The notes below the pieces were generated by a model. It was not told the DNA's origin and searched no databases. It saw only the letters and a program-made list of their open reading frames with translations. Shown here piece after piece: positions 35,730 through 46,159 of a stretch of DNA of 64,000 nt (its first letter is position 1; each line of letters begins with the position of its first letter). A program made the position numbers and the translations under genes. This DNA comes from Leidyana gryllorum EB-2025a. Lineage: Eukaryota; Protista; Apicomplexa. The stretch covers positions 1,054,001 through 1,118,000 of the forward strand of contig JBLWGC010000104.1 in NCBI GenBank assembly GCA_048772705.1. Reading direction: 5' to 3'.

Positions 35730-37070
35730 ATGCCTTCCACTATTCAATCCATCAAAGCTCGCGAGATCCTCGACAGCCGTGGCAACCCCACTGTGGAGGT
35801 CGACCTCGTGTCTACTGACGGACTCTTCCGTGCCGCTGTGCCCTCTGGTGCCTCCACCGGTATCTATGAGGCTCTTGAGCTCCGCGACAAGGACAAGAAC
35901 CGCTATCTTGGAAAGGGAGTCCTTCAAGCCGTGAAGAACGTGAACGAAATCATCGCTCCCGCTCTCATTGGCAAGGATGTGACTGATCAGAAGGGACTCG
36001 ATGCCTTGATGGTTGAGCAGTTGGACGGTACTCAAAATGAATGGGGCTGGTGCAAGCAGAAGTTGGGCGCGAATGCGATTTTGGCAGTGTCTATGGCACT
36101 CGCTCGCGCTGGTGCTGCGGCTAAGAAGGTCCAGCTCTACCAATACCTCGCTGAGCTCGCCGGAAAGAACACCTCGAAGTTCATCGTCCCCGTCCCCTCT
36201 TTCAACGTCATCAACGGCGGTTCCCACGCTGGCAACAAACTGGCGATGCAAGAGTTCATGATTCTCCCGGTTGGGGCTAAGAGCTTCAAGGAGGCCTTGC
36301 AGATGGGCGCTGAAGTCTATCATAACCTCAAGAACATCATCAAAAAGAAGTACGGCATGGATGCCACCAATGTCGGTGATGAGGGTGGTTTCGCCCCCAA
36401 CATCCAGGACAACTACGACGCCCTCAACCTCCTCGTCGAGGCCATCAAGGCTGCTGGCCACGAGGGCAAGGTGAAGATTGGAACCGACATTGCTGCCTCT
36501 GAGTTCTACAAAGAGAGCGCCAAGAAGTACGATCTGGACTTCAAGAACGACAAGTCTGACGAGTCTAAGTGGATCACTGGGGAGCAGTTGGGCGACATCT
36601 ATAAGGCATTTGTTGACAAATACCCAATGATCTCCATTGAGGATCCCTTCGACCAGGACGACTTTGACTCTTATGCCAAGCTCACCAAGGACATTGGCAA
36701 GGACGTCCAAATTGTGGGTGATGACCTCCTGGTTACCAATCCGAAGCGTATTGAGAAGTCGATGAGCCTCGGCGCTTGCAATGCCCTCCTGCTGAAGGTC
36801 AATCAGATCGGTTCTGTCACTGAGGCAATCCAGGCTGCCACCCTCTCGATGGACAAAGGCTGGGGTGTTATGGTTTCACATCGTTCTGGCGAGACTGAGG
36901 ACACTTTCATCGCTGATCTGGTCGTCGGTCTCGGCACTGGACAGATCAAGACTGGTGCTCCATGCCGTTCTGAGCGTTTGGCTAAGTACAACCAGATTCT
37001 CCGCATCGAAGAGGAGTTGGGCGACAAGGCTGTGTACGCTGGCGAGAACTTCCGTGCCCCTAAATTGTAG
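35730..37070 (+). CDS. ENO: Enolase, copy 1
   Basis: [19 protein letters not shown] insertion, [41 protein letters not shown]. Confidence 0.99.
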   Translation: MPSTIQSIKAREILDSRGNPTVEVDLVSTDGLFRAAVPSGASTGIYEALELRDKDKNRYLGKGVLQAVKNVNEIIAPALIGKDVTDQKGLDALMVEQLDGTQNEWGWCKQKLGANAILAVSMALARAGAAAKKVQLYQYLAELAGKNTSKFIVPVPSFNVINGGSHAGNKLAMQEFMILPVGAKSFKEALQMGAEVYHNLKNIIKKKYGMDATNVGDEGGFAPNIQDNYDALNLLVEAIKAAGHEGKVKIGTDIAASEFYKESAKKYDLDFKNDKSDESKWITGEQLGDIYKAFVDKYPMISIEDPFDQDDFDSYAKLTKDIGKDVQIVGDDLLVTNPKRIEKSMSLGACNALLLKVNQIGSVTEAIQAATLSMDKGWGVMVSHRSGETEDTFIADLVVGLGTGQIKTGAPCRSERLAKYNQILRIEEELGDKAVYAGENFRAPKL

Positions 37071-37205
37071 ATGTTTTTTGCGTGATTCGTGTGGTAGATA
37101 TCTCAACCCATGAATTTCGAACATTTCATTTACCAAATGCCCGCCTTGCTGGTTTTGGAGATATGTTATTAAGGTGATCGGTTGGTGTAACATGCACACA
37201 AAAAA

Positions 37206-39338
37206 TTATACTGCGGACCGACCTCGGCCACGAGGCGCTCGGCTCGTTGGGGGAGGTCGGCGCTGAGGACCTTTGCGTGATCCTCGACCACGGGGAGCCA
37301 TTCCAGAATTGTTTCGCGGTTGCGAAACACCACTTGTGACGGATTCCTCTGAAGCGTTCCCCGTATTTGCTGGAGCCGGACAAACATTCCCAGATTTCCC
37401 ACTGCGAGGCTGTGTATTTCCCTTCGGGCGGGGTTGTGGAGGTCGACCAGTGGTATTTGGCTCAGCACTCACTATCGCAGAAGTGTATTGCTGTGCTACA
37501 GCCGTTTGTGGGCGGGGAGTCTGTATCGAAGAAGTGGCGGTACGAGGGGGCTTGCTGTGAGCCTTCGGAACTGTTGGCCGCACGTTGTGTGGCTTCTTGC
37601 CCCGCGCCCCAGCTGGTGGTGCCCCAGCCAGTGATGCCCTAGTCGGTGGTGCTCGAGTCGGTGGTACTCGAGTCGGTGCTGCCCCGGCTGGTGCTGCCCC
37701 AGTCGGCGCTGTACCGTTATGGTGTTCCCCGCGGTTGGCCTGACGGAGAATACTTCCCCGACGAGGGTTAGGGTGCTCTCGCACTGGCGCCGCAGGAGGG
37801 GAGATAGGCTTCTTCTGCTTCAAATTTATGGCAATGTGTACTTCGCCGTCTACGGATTGGGTAGGCGGCACCACACATCTTCTACTCGCATTGGGAAGCG
37901 TAGATGGAATGTCAGGTTTGGCGGCCTTGACATTCGTCGCAGGAGGTTTCGCCGTCCTACTCACGGCGATCGGAAGGCGGAGTGTCTGCTCCGGCTTAGG
38001 TCGGGTGACCCTCGTCGAGGCGGGTATCGCGGTCCTTCCTTTCGCTGTGGGAAGGGTGAGGCCAAGCTTTGGGTCAGCTTGTTTAGAACCTAGGGCTTCT
38101 GCTTTTGCTCCCTCCGAGCATTCTCCACTGATCGCACGCCTAGTGCCGTTGGATGTGAGACGGCGGCTTTGGAGCGCAGCCGCAGCTGTACCAGTTTGTC
38201 GGCTTCTGTTAGCAGGCATGGACGGCAAGTACTTCTGAGACGCAGCAGGGACGCGCGCACCTGCTCTGGACCCTCCGGTACCCGCACCCGTCCGAATATT
38301 GATAGCAACCCTGTCTGCAGGAGTAACCTTGCTAGCTGACTGTGCTGATCCCTGCTGGGCTGTTGTCAAAGCACTTGACATCGAAGGTATCTTCATTCTC
38401 TTCAACTCCTTCTGCTTCGCCTGACGGGCTTCAAGAGCCGCAAGCAGCCCGCGCACATTCTCCTCGATGTCGAAGGTAATTGCGTGCTCCCCTGCTGCCT
38501 GGACTTTGAGCCACTGAGTGTGTCCACGCAAGAACCCGAGGGTCTCTTGCTTTTTGGGACTCCACACGCTGGCACATCCTTTGGGAGTGTTGCCAGTTTT
38601 GTATAGTTCGAATACACAACGCTCCTGGGTAAAGCACGAATCGTATGGGCTCATCATCACTACATGTCTGCGATACGGATCAAATCCTTCGAAACGCAGC
38701 TTATGAAGGATGTAGTGGACAGATGTACAAGTGAGAAGTCCTAGTGCTAGATACTGGCCGATGTATTGCTTGGGACAGAGCTCCTGCCACATCGTACCCT
38801 GGCAAGGACTCATTTCACCCACATACTGCCACGTGACTCGACCGTCGCTCTTGATACCTCCTTTTGTAGCCTTCGCATGCCGCATCCTCCAGATGGCACC
38901 ACCACCACAACCACACGGCCACTTGAAAGTATTGGGTCGCACCTCAGGATGCACTCCAGGGCTCATCATATGCGTCCTGCCTCCTGTGCGAAGCAAAACC
39001 AAAGATTCACCCTTCAAATCCAGCTTGACAAATCGATCCGAAACACGGGCCTGCATCAGAGCTGTGTGCAGACGGTCATGCTTCTTCGCCTTGAGTTTCA
39101 CCAATTGTTGGGTCTTGGAAGGCTTTGATGGCACCTGGCACTCCGCAGGCAACTCACTCACCAAAAAGGCCATCTTCAGGTGCTGACTCGCTATATACCA
39201 ACATGGTAGCACCTTGAGTAACTGCCCCAATAATTCCTCAAAAATCAACACACACGTTTGTGTGGGTGAAGTGTGGAGCCGCACACGTTGGGAGACACGT
39301 GATGCTCGCACACGAGGAACGCCATCAAATAGCAACAA
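37206..39338 (-). CDS. Hypothetical basic protein between enolase copies 1 and 2 (start probably at MAFLVSEL, about 39172)
   Basis: 710-aa ORF with a globular Cys/Trp-containing N-half and a K/R/P-rich disordered C-half with APT(R/G) 15-bp repeats. Confidence 0.65.
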   Translation of the reverse strand: MLLFDGVPRVRASRVSQRVRLHTSPTQTCVLIFEELLGQLLKVLPCWYIASQHLKMAFLVSELPAECQVPSKPSKTQQLVKLKAKKHDRLHTALMQARVSDRFVKLDLKGESLVLLRTGGRTHMMSPGVHPEVRPNTFKWPCGCGGGAIWRMRHAKATKGGIKSDGRVTWQYVGEMSPCQGTMWQELCPKQYIGQYLALGLLTCTSVHYILHKLRFEGFDPYRRHVVMMSPYDSCFTQERCVFELYKTGNTPKGCASVWSPKKQETLGFLRGHTQWLKVQAAGEHAITFDIEENVRGLLAALEARQAKQKELKRMKIPSMSSALTTAQQGSAQSASKVTPADRVAINIRTGAGTGGSRAGARVPAASQKYLPSMPANRSRQTGTAAAALQSRRLTSNGTRRAISGECSEGAKAEALGSKQADPKLGLTLPTAKGRTAIPASTRVTRPKPEQTLRLPIAVSRTAKPPATNVKAAKPDIPSTLPNASRRCVVPPTQSVDGEVHIAINLKQKKPISPPAAPVREHPNPRRGSILRQANRGEHHNGTAPTGAAPAGAAPTRVPPTRAPPTRASLAGAPPAGARGKKPHNVRPTVPKAHSKPPRTATSSIQTPRPQTAVAQQYTSAIVSAEPNTTGRPPQPRPKGNTQPRSGKSGNVCPAPANTGNASEESVTSGVSQPRNNSGMAPRGRGSRKGPQRRPPPTSRAPRGRGRSAV

Positions 39339-39366
39339 ATACTAAAGTAGTCGGCCTTGTGTTACC

Positions 39367-40704
39367 ATGTCTACTATTCAATCCATCAAAGCCCGAGAAA
39401 TCCTCGACAGCCGTGGTAACCCCACTGTCGAAGTCGATCTTGTGTCTACTGATGGTTTGTTCCGCGCGGCTGTTCCGTCTGGCGCCTCCACTGGTATCTA
39501 TGAGGCTTTGGAGCTCCGCGACAAGGACAAGAATCGCTATCTTGGAAAGGGCGTCCTTCAGGCCGTGAAGAACGTGAACGAGATCATCGCTCCCGCTCTC
39601 ATTGGCAAGGATGTGACTGATCAGAAGGGACTCGATGCCTTGATGGTTGAGCAGTTGGACGGTACTCAAAATGAATGGGGCTGGTGCAAGCAGAAGTTGG
39701 GCGCGAATGCGATTCTGGCAGTGTCTATGGCACTCGCTCGCGCTGGTGCTGCGGCTAAGAAGGTCCAGCTCTACCAATACCTCGCTGAGCTCGCCGGAAA
39801 GAACACCTCGAAGTTCATCGTCCCCGTCCCCTCTTTCAACGTCATCAACGGCGGTTCCCACGCTGGCAACAAATTGGCGATGCAAGAGTTCATGATTCTC
39901 CCTGTTGGGGCTAAGAGCTTCAAGGAGGCCTTACAGATGGGGGCTGAAGTCTATCATAACCTCAAGAACATCATCAAGAAGAAGTACGGCATGGATGCCA
40001 CCAATGTCGGTGATGAGGGTGGTTTCGCCCCCAACATCCAGGACAACTACGACGCCCTCAACCTCCTCGTCGAGGCCATTAAGGCTGCTGGCCATGAGGG
40101 TAAAGTCAAAATCGGAACCGACATTGCTGCCTCTGAGTTCTACAAAGAGAGCGCCAAGAAGTACGATCTGGACTTCAAGAACGACAAGTCCGACGAGTCT
40201 AAGTGGATCACTGGGGAGCAGTTGGGCGACATCTATAAGGCATTTGTTGACAAATACCCAATGATCTCCATTGAGGACCCCTTCGACCAGGACGACTTTG
40301 ACTCTTATGCCAAGCTCACCAAGGACATTGGCAAGGACGTCCAAATTGTGGGTGATGACCTCCTGGTTACCAATCCGAAGCGTATTGAGAAGTCGATGAG
40401 CCTCGGCGCTTGCAATGCCCTCCTGCTGAAGGTCAATCAGATCGGTTCTGTCACTGAGGCAATCCAGGCTGCCACCCTCTCGATGGACAAAGGCTGGGGT
40501 GTTATGGTTTCACATCGTTCTGGCGAGACTGAGGACACTTTCATCGCTGATCTGGTCGTCGGTCTCGGCACCGGACAGATCAAGACTGGTGCTCCATGCC
40601 GTTCTGAGCGCTTGGCTAAGTACAACCAGATTCTCCGTATTGAGGAGGAGCTGGGCGACAAGGCTGTGTACGCTGGCGAGAATTTCCGTGCCCCTAAATT
40701 GTGA
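39367..40704 (+). CDS. ENO: Enolase, copy 2
   Basis: Protein identical to copy 1 except that it lacks Pro2. Confidence 0.99.
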   Translation: MSTIQSIKAREILDSRGNPTVEVDLVSTDGLFRAAVPSGASTGIYEALELRDKDKNRYLGKGVLQAVKNVNEIIAPALIGKDVTDQKGLDALMVEQLDGTQNEWGWCKQKLGANAILAVSMALARAGAAAKKVQLYQYLAELAGKNTSKFIVPVPSFNVINGGSHAGNKLAMQEFMILPVGAKSFKEALQMGAEVYHNLKNIIKKKYGMDATNVGDEGGFAPNIQDNYDALNLLVEAIKAAGHEGKVKIGTDIAASEFYKESAKKYDLDFKNDKSDESKWITGEQLGDIYKAFVDKYPMISIEDPFDQDDFDSYAKLTKDIGKDVQIVGDDLLVTNPKRIEKSMSLGACNALLLKVNQIGSVTEAIQAATLSMDKGWGVMVSHRSGETEDTFIADLVVGLGTGQIKTGAPCRSERLAKYNQILRIEEELGDKAVYAGENFRAPKL

Positions 40705-40884
40705 AATTGAACTCGTTAGACTGGTGTTGTTCAAAATGCAGACAGGTTTTTTCTAGTATGAATGGGAATAAGAGTAACTCGGGGAGAGAATACTGCCAAT
40801 TGGTCATCCAATAATGTCCACAGAAACCCCGGGTGACCCAGCATCACCCGTGCCGTATCAAAATTATAAATTTAAACCATCAGC
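40705..40884 (+). repeat. 180-bp inter-enolase spacer duplicated at 43916-44095
   Basis: Both spacers read aattgaactcgttagactgg...aaattataaatttaaaccatcagc and appear identical by eye. Confidence 0.9.
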
Positions 40885-42225
40885 ATGCCTTCCACTATTC
40901 AATCCATCAAAGCCCGAGAAATCCTCGACAGCCGTGGCAACCCCACTGTCGAGGTCGATCTTGTGTCTACTGATGGTTTGTTCCGTGCCGCTGTGCCCTC
41001 TGGTGCCTCCACCGGTATCTATGAAGCTCTTGAGCTCCGCGACAAGGACAAGAATCGCTATCTTGGAAAGGGCGTCCTTCAGGCCGTGAAGAACGTGAAC
41101 GAAATCATCGCTCCCGCTCTCATTGGCAAGGATGTGACTGATCAGAAGGGTCTCGACGCCTTGATGGTTGAGCAGTTGGACGGTACTCAAAATGAATGGG
41201 GCTGGTGCAAGCAGAAGTTGGGCGCGAATGCGATTTTGGCAGTGTCTATGGCACTCGCTCGCGCCGGTGCTGCGGCTAAGAAGGTCCAGCTCTACCAATA
41301 CCTCGCTGAGCTCGCCGGAAAGAACACCTCAAAGTTCATTGTACCCGTCCCCTCTTTCAACGTCATCAACGGCGGTTCCCACGCTGGCAACAAATTGGCG
41401 ATGCAAGAGTTCATGATTCTCCCTGTTGGGGCTAAGAGCTTCAAGGAGGCCTTACAGATAGGGGCTGAAGTCTATCATAACCTCAAGAACATCATCAAGA
41501 AGAAGTACGGCATGGATGCCACCAATGTCGGTGATGAGGGTGGTTTCGCCCCCAACATCCAGGACAACTACGACGCCCTCAACCTCCTCGTCGAGGCCAT
41601 CAAGGCTGCTGGCCACGAGGGCAAGGTGAAGATTGGAACCGACATTGCTGCCTCTGAGTTCTACAAAGAGAGCGCCAAGAAGTACGATCTGGACTTCAAG
41701 AACGACAAGTCCGACGAGTCTAAGTGGATCACTGGGGAGCAGTTGGGCGACATCTATAAGGCATTTGTTGACAAATACCCAATGATCTTCATTGAGGACC
41801 CCTTCGACCAGGACGACTTTGACTCTTATGCCAAGCTCACCAAGGACATTGGCAAGGACGTCCAAATTGTGGGTGATGACCTCTTAGTCACCAATCCGAA
41901 GCGTATTGAGAAGTCGATGAGCCTCGGCGCTTGCAATGCCCTCCTGCTGAAGGTCAATCAGATCGGTTCTGTCACTGAGGCAATCCAGGCTGCCACCCTC
42001 TCGATGGACAAAGGCTGGGGTGTTATGGTTTCACATCGTTCTGGCGAGACTGAGGACACTTTCATCGCTGATCTGGTCGTCGGTCTCGGCACTGGACAGA
42101 TCAAGACTGGTGCTCCATGCCGTTCTGAGCGCTTGGCTAAGTACAACCAGATTCTCCGTATTGAGGAGGAGCTGGGCGACAAGGCTGTGTACGCTGGCGA
42201 GAATTTCCGTGCCCCTAAATTGTGA
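40885..42225 (+). CDS. ENO: Enolase, copy 3 (M>I and S>F variants)
   Basis: Full-length ORF; LQIGAE and MIFIEDP differ from the other copies. Confidence 0.97.
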   Translation: MPSTIQSIKAREILDSRGNPTVEVDLVSTDGLFRAAVPSGASTGIYEALELRDKDKNRYLGKGVLQAVKNVNEIIAPALIGKDVTDQKGLDALMVEQLDGTQNEWGWCKQKLGANAILAVSMALARAGAAAKKVQLYQYLAELAGKNTSKFIVPVPSFNVINGGSHAGNKLAMQEFMILPVGAKSFKEALQIGAEVYHNLKNIIKKKYGMDATNVGDEGGFAPNIQDNYDALNLLVEAIKAAGHEGKVKIGTDIAASEFYKESAKKYDLDFKNDKSDESKWITGEQLGDIYKAFVDKYPMIFIEDPFDQDDFDSYAKLTKDIGKDVQIVGDDLLVTNPKRIEKSMSLGACNALLLKVNQIGSVTEAIQAATLSMDKGWGVMVSHRSGETEDTFIADLVVGLGTGQIKTGAPCRSERLAKYNQILRIEEELGDKAVYAGENFRAPKL

Positions 42226-42574
42226 TGAGATCTGGTTTTTCTCTAGTTGCTGCTGCACCGATGCTTTTTAGTTGTTGACAGTGACATGTCTTCATCGCTT
42301 GTGTCAACAAAGGACTACAGTATCGTCAAGTGGGGAGCTGGTCGGTTTGTAGTTCAAATACTGTGATTCAGTTTACATATCTCGACCCGCCAGGGGGCTA
42401 AGAACCACCTATCCTGGGATCAGAGATGACTCATTCTCACGTTTTAGTGCTATGGTGCTCTCTCTGATGATGAAATTCTGCGGATTGATGCACACGTGAC
42501 TCCGAATTCCCAGGAGACGTGGAGATTTGATTGTTTCCTAGCGAATTATAAACACTTTTTGGAATAGTCTCATA

Positions 42575-43915
42575 ATGCCTTCCACTATTCAATCCATCAA
42601 AGCCCGAGAAATCCTCGACAGCCGTGGCAACCCCACTGTCGAGGTCGATCTTGTGTCTACTGATGGTTTGTTCCGTGCCGCTGTGCCCTCTGGTGCCTCC
42701 ACCGGTATCTATGAAGCTCTTGAGCTCCGCGACAAGGACAAGAACCGCTATCTTGGAAAGGGCGTCCTTCAGGCCGTGAAGAACGTGAACGAAATCATCG
42801 CTCCCGCTCTCATTGGCAAGGATGTGACTGATCAGAAGGGTCTCGACGCCTTGATGGTTGAGCAGTTGGACGGTACTCAAAATGAATGGGGCTGGTGCAA
42901 GCAGAAGTTGGGCGCGAATGCGATTTTGGCAGTGTCTATGGCACTCGCTCGCGCCGGTGCTGCGGCTAAGAAGGTCCAGCTCTACCAATACCTCGCTGAG
43001 CTCGCCGGAAAGAACACCTCAAAGTTCATTGTACCCGTCCCCTCTTTCAACGTCATCAACGGCGGTTCCCACGCTGGCAACAAATTGGCGATGCAAGAGT
43101 TCATGATACTCCCGGTTGGTGCTAAGAGCTTCAAGGAGGCCTTGCAGATGGGCGCTGAAGTCTATCATAACCTCAAGAACATCATCAAAAAGAAGTACGG
43201 CATGGATGCCACCAATGTCGGTGATGAGGGTGGTTTCGCCCCCAACATCCAGGACAACTACGACGCCCTCAACCTCCTCGTCGAGGCCATCAAGGCTGCT
43301 GGCCACGAGGGCAAGGTGAAGATTGGAACCGACATTGCTGCCTCTGAGTTCTACAAAGAGAGCGCTAAGAAGTACGATCTGGACTTCAAGAACGACAAGT
43401 CCGACGAGTCTAAGTGGATCACTGGGGAGCAGTTGGGCGACATCTATAAGGCATTTGTTGACAAATACCCAATGATCTCCATTGAGGACCCCTTCGACCA
43501 GGACGACTTTGACTCTTATGCCAAGCTCACCAAGGACATTGGCAAGGACGTCCAAATTGTGGGTGATGACCTCCTGGTTACCAATCCGAAGCGTATTGAG
43601 AAGTCGATGAGCCTCGGCGCTTGCAATGCCCTCCTGCTGAAGGTCAATCAGATCGGTTCTGTCACTGAGGCAATCCAGGCTGCCACCCTCTCGATGGACA
43701 AAGGCTGGGGTGTTATGGTTTCACATCGTTCTGGCGAGACTGAGGACACTTTCATCGCTGATCTGGTCGTCGGTCTCGGCACTGGACAGATCAAGACTGG
43801 TGCTCCATGCCGTTCTGAGCGCTTGGCTAAGTACAACCAGATTCTCCGTATTGAGGAGGAGCTGGGCGACAAGGCTGTGTACGCTGGCGAGAATTTCCGT
43901 GCCCCTAAATTGTGA
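42575..43915 (+). CDS. ENO: Enolase, copy 4
   Basis: Protein identical to copy 1. Confidence 0.99.
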   Translation: MPSTIQSIKAREILDSRGNPTVEVDLVSTDGLFRAAVPSGASTGIYEALELRDKDKNRYLGKGVLQAVKNVNEIIAPALIGKDVTDQKGLDALMVEQLDGTQNEWGWCKQKLGANAILAVSMALARAGAAAKKVQLYQYLAELAGKNTSKFIVPVPSFNVINGGSHAGNKLAMQEFMILPVGAKSFKEALQMGAEVYHNLKNIIKKKYGMDATNVGDEGGFAPNIQDNYDALNLLVEAIKAAGHEGKVKIGTDIAASEFYKESAKKYDLDFKNDKSDESKWITGEQLGDIYKAFVDKYPMISIEDPFDQDDFDSYAKLTKDIGKDVQIVGDDLLVTNPKRIEKSMSLGACNALLLKVNQIGSVTEAIQAATLSMDKGWGVMVSHRSGETEDTFIADLVVGLGTGQIKTGAPCRSERLAKYNQILRIEEELGDKAVYAGENFRAPKL

Positions 43916-44095
43916 AATTGAACTCGTTAGACTGGTGTTGTTCAAAATGCAGACAGGTTTTTTCTAGTATGAATGGGAATAAGAGTAACTCGGGGAGAGA
44001 ATACTGCCAATTGGTCATCCAATAATGTCCACAGAAACCCCGGGTGACCCAGCATCACCCGTGCCGTATCAAAATTATAAATTTAAACCATCAGC

Positions 44096-45436
44096 ATGCC
44101 TTCCACTATTCAATCCATCAAAGCCCGAGAAATCCTCGACAGCCGTGGCAACCCCACTGTCGAGGTCGATCTTGTGTCTACTGATGGTTTGTTCCGTGCC
44201 GCTGTTCCGTCTGGCGCCTCCACTGGTATCTATGAGGCTTTGGAGCTCCGCGACAAGGACAAGAATCGCTATCTTGGAAAGGGCGTCCTTCAGGCCGTGA
44301 AGAACGTGAACGAGATCATCGCTCCCGCTCTCATTGGCAAGGATGTGACTGATCAGAAGGGACTCGATGCCTTGATGGTTGAGCAGTTGGACGGTACTCA
44401 AAATGAATGGGGCTGGTGCAAGCAGAAGTTGGGCGCGAATGCGATTTTGGCAGTGTCTATGGCACTCGCTCGCGCCGGTGCTGCGGCTAAGAAGGTCCAG
44501 CTCTACCAATACCTCGCTGAGCTCGCCGGAAAGAACACCTCGAAGTTCATCGTCCCCGTCCCCTCTTTCAACGTCATCAACGGCGGTTCCCACGCTGGCA
44601 ACAAACTGGCGATGCAAGAGTTCATGATTCTCCCGGTTGGCGCTAAGAGCTTCAAGGAGGCCTTGCAGATGGGCGCTGAGGTCTACCATAACCTCAAGAA
44701 CATCATCAAGAAGAAGTACGGCATGGATGCCACCAATGTCGGTGATGAGGGTGGTTTCGCCCCCAACATCCAGGACAACTACGACGCCCTCAACCTCCTC
44801 GTCGAGGCCATCAAGGCTGCTGGCCACGAGGGCAAGGTGAAGATTGGAACCGACATTGCTGCCTCTGAGTTCTACAAAGAGAGCGCTAAGAAGTACGATC
44901 TGGACTTCAAGAACGACAAGTCTGACGAGTCTAAGTGGATCACTGGGGAGCAGTTGGGCGACATCTATAAGGCATTTGTTGACAAATACCCAATGATCTC
45001 CATTGAGGATCCCTTCGACCAGGACGACTTTGACTCTTATGCCAAGCTCACCAAGGACATTGGCAAGGACGTCCAAATTGTGGGTGATGACCTCTTAGTC
45101 ACCAATCCGAAGCGTATTGAGAAGTCGATGAGCCTCGGCGCTTGCAATGCCCTCCTGCTGAAGGTCAATCAGATCGGTTCTGTCACTGAGGCAATCCAGG
45201 CTGCCACCCTCTCGATGGACAAAGGCTGGGGTGTTATGGTTTCACATCGTTCTGGCGAGACTGAGGACACTTTCATCGCTGATCTGGTCGTCGGTCTCGG
45301 CACTGGACAGATCAAGACTGGTGCTCCATGCCGTTCTGAGCGTTTGGCTAAGTACAACCAGATTCTCCGCATCGAAGAGGAGTTGGGCGACAAGGCTGTG
45401 TACGCTGGCGAGAACTTCCGTGCCCCTAAATTGTGA
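44096..45436 (+). CDS. ENO: Enolase, copy 5
   Basis: Protein identical to copy 1. Confidence 0.99.
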   Translation: MPSTIQSIKAREILDSRGNPTVEVDLVSTDGLFRAAVPSGASTGIYEALELRDKDKNRYLGKGVLQAVKNVNEIIAPALIGKDVTDQKGLDALMVEQLDGTQNEWGWCKQKLGANAILAVSMALARAGAAAKKVQLYQYLAELAGKNTSKFIVPVPSFNVINGGSHAGNKLAMQEFMILPVGAKSFKEALQMGAEVYHNLKNIIKKKYGMDATNVGDEGGFAPNIQDNYDALNLLVEAIKAAGHEGKVKIGTDIAASEFYKESAKKYDLDFKNDKSDESKWITGEQLGDIYKAFVDKYPMISIEDPFDQDDFDSYAKLTKDIGKDVQIVGDDLLVTNPKRIEKSMSLGACNALLLKVNQIGSVTEAIQAATLSMDKGWGVMVSHRSGETEDTFIADLVVGLGTGQIKTGAPCRSERLAKYNQILRIEEELGDKAVYAGENFRAPKL

Positions 45437-45689
45437 ATGATAAGGAAGGCTTGATGCAAATTGGGTTTTTTGATGGCAAATGTGTACCGAATTGATAGCT
45501 CTCGTGAGCGAGACAACTTGGGTGCTGACTGTCGAACTTTCAGCCTCTTTGGCAGAGGGACAGTCCATAAAAAGGATGCACATCGAGTTGATGGACGACA
45601 CGCTGCCCTCCTGTGTGTGGAAAAGTATTGTACATGACCAAAAGTGAATTTGTATGAGGTCTTGCTCTAGCTAAGATCCAGCTCTTGAG

Positions 45690-46130
45690 TCAGGACTGTT
45701 CCCGGTTGGACCCATGGGGCAATAGATTGTTTTGGTCAATGAAGTGTTGCCAGGATTGTTGCAGTTGAGCTATGTCAGATGCAACCTGTTGGTTTGTAGC
45801 ATCTTGATCTCTCCATCTCTTACGTTCTCCCAGCCAGTTTGCTATGGTAGTTCCCCATCCTATAGCTCCAAATGCGACGACTATCGGCCAGAAAGCTAGA
45901 TACATCCAATTGACAGTGTCCACCAACTCTCCTTCTTCGACTCGCGCTACTTCATCAACATGATGTTGGACAAATGGTACGCGTGACGAGTGATGGGCAC
46001 AAGGCGTGCGTAAGTCGCATAAAGGCCAATCTTGCTCCTGTTTCTCTATGAAACTAATCAATCGATCCAGGCGGGCAGCTTTCTGAGGATCTGCCAGTAT
46101 GTCAACGAGTTTCCCCTCTGCCACCGACAT
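45690..46130 (-). CDS. Small single-TM protein with C-terminal coiled-coil
   Basis: WMYLAFWPIVVAFGAIGWG followed by ERKRWR..QQVASDIAQLQQSW. Confidence 0.6.
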   Translation of the reverse strand: MSVAEGKLVDILADPQKAARLDRLISFIEKQEQDWPLCDLRTPCAHHSSRVPFVQHHVDEVARVEEGELVDTVNWMYLAFWPIVVAFGAIGWGTTIANWLGERKRWRDQDATNQQVASDIAQLQQSWQHFIDQNNLLPHGSNREQS

Positions 46131-46159
46131 TACAAATTCTCTTTTTTTGGCGAGCTTCT

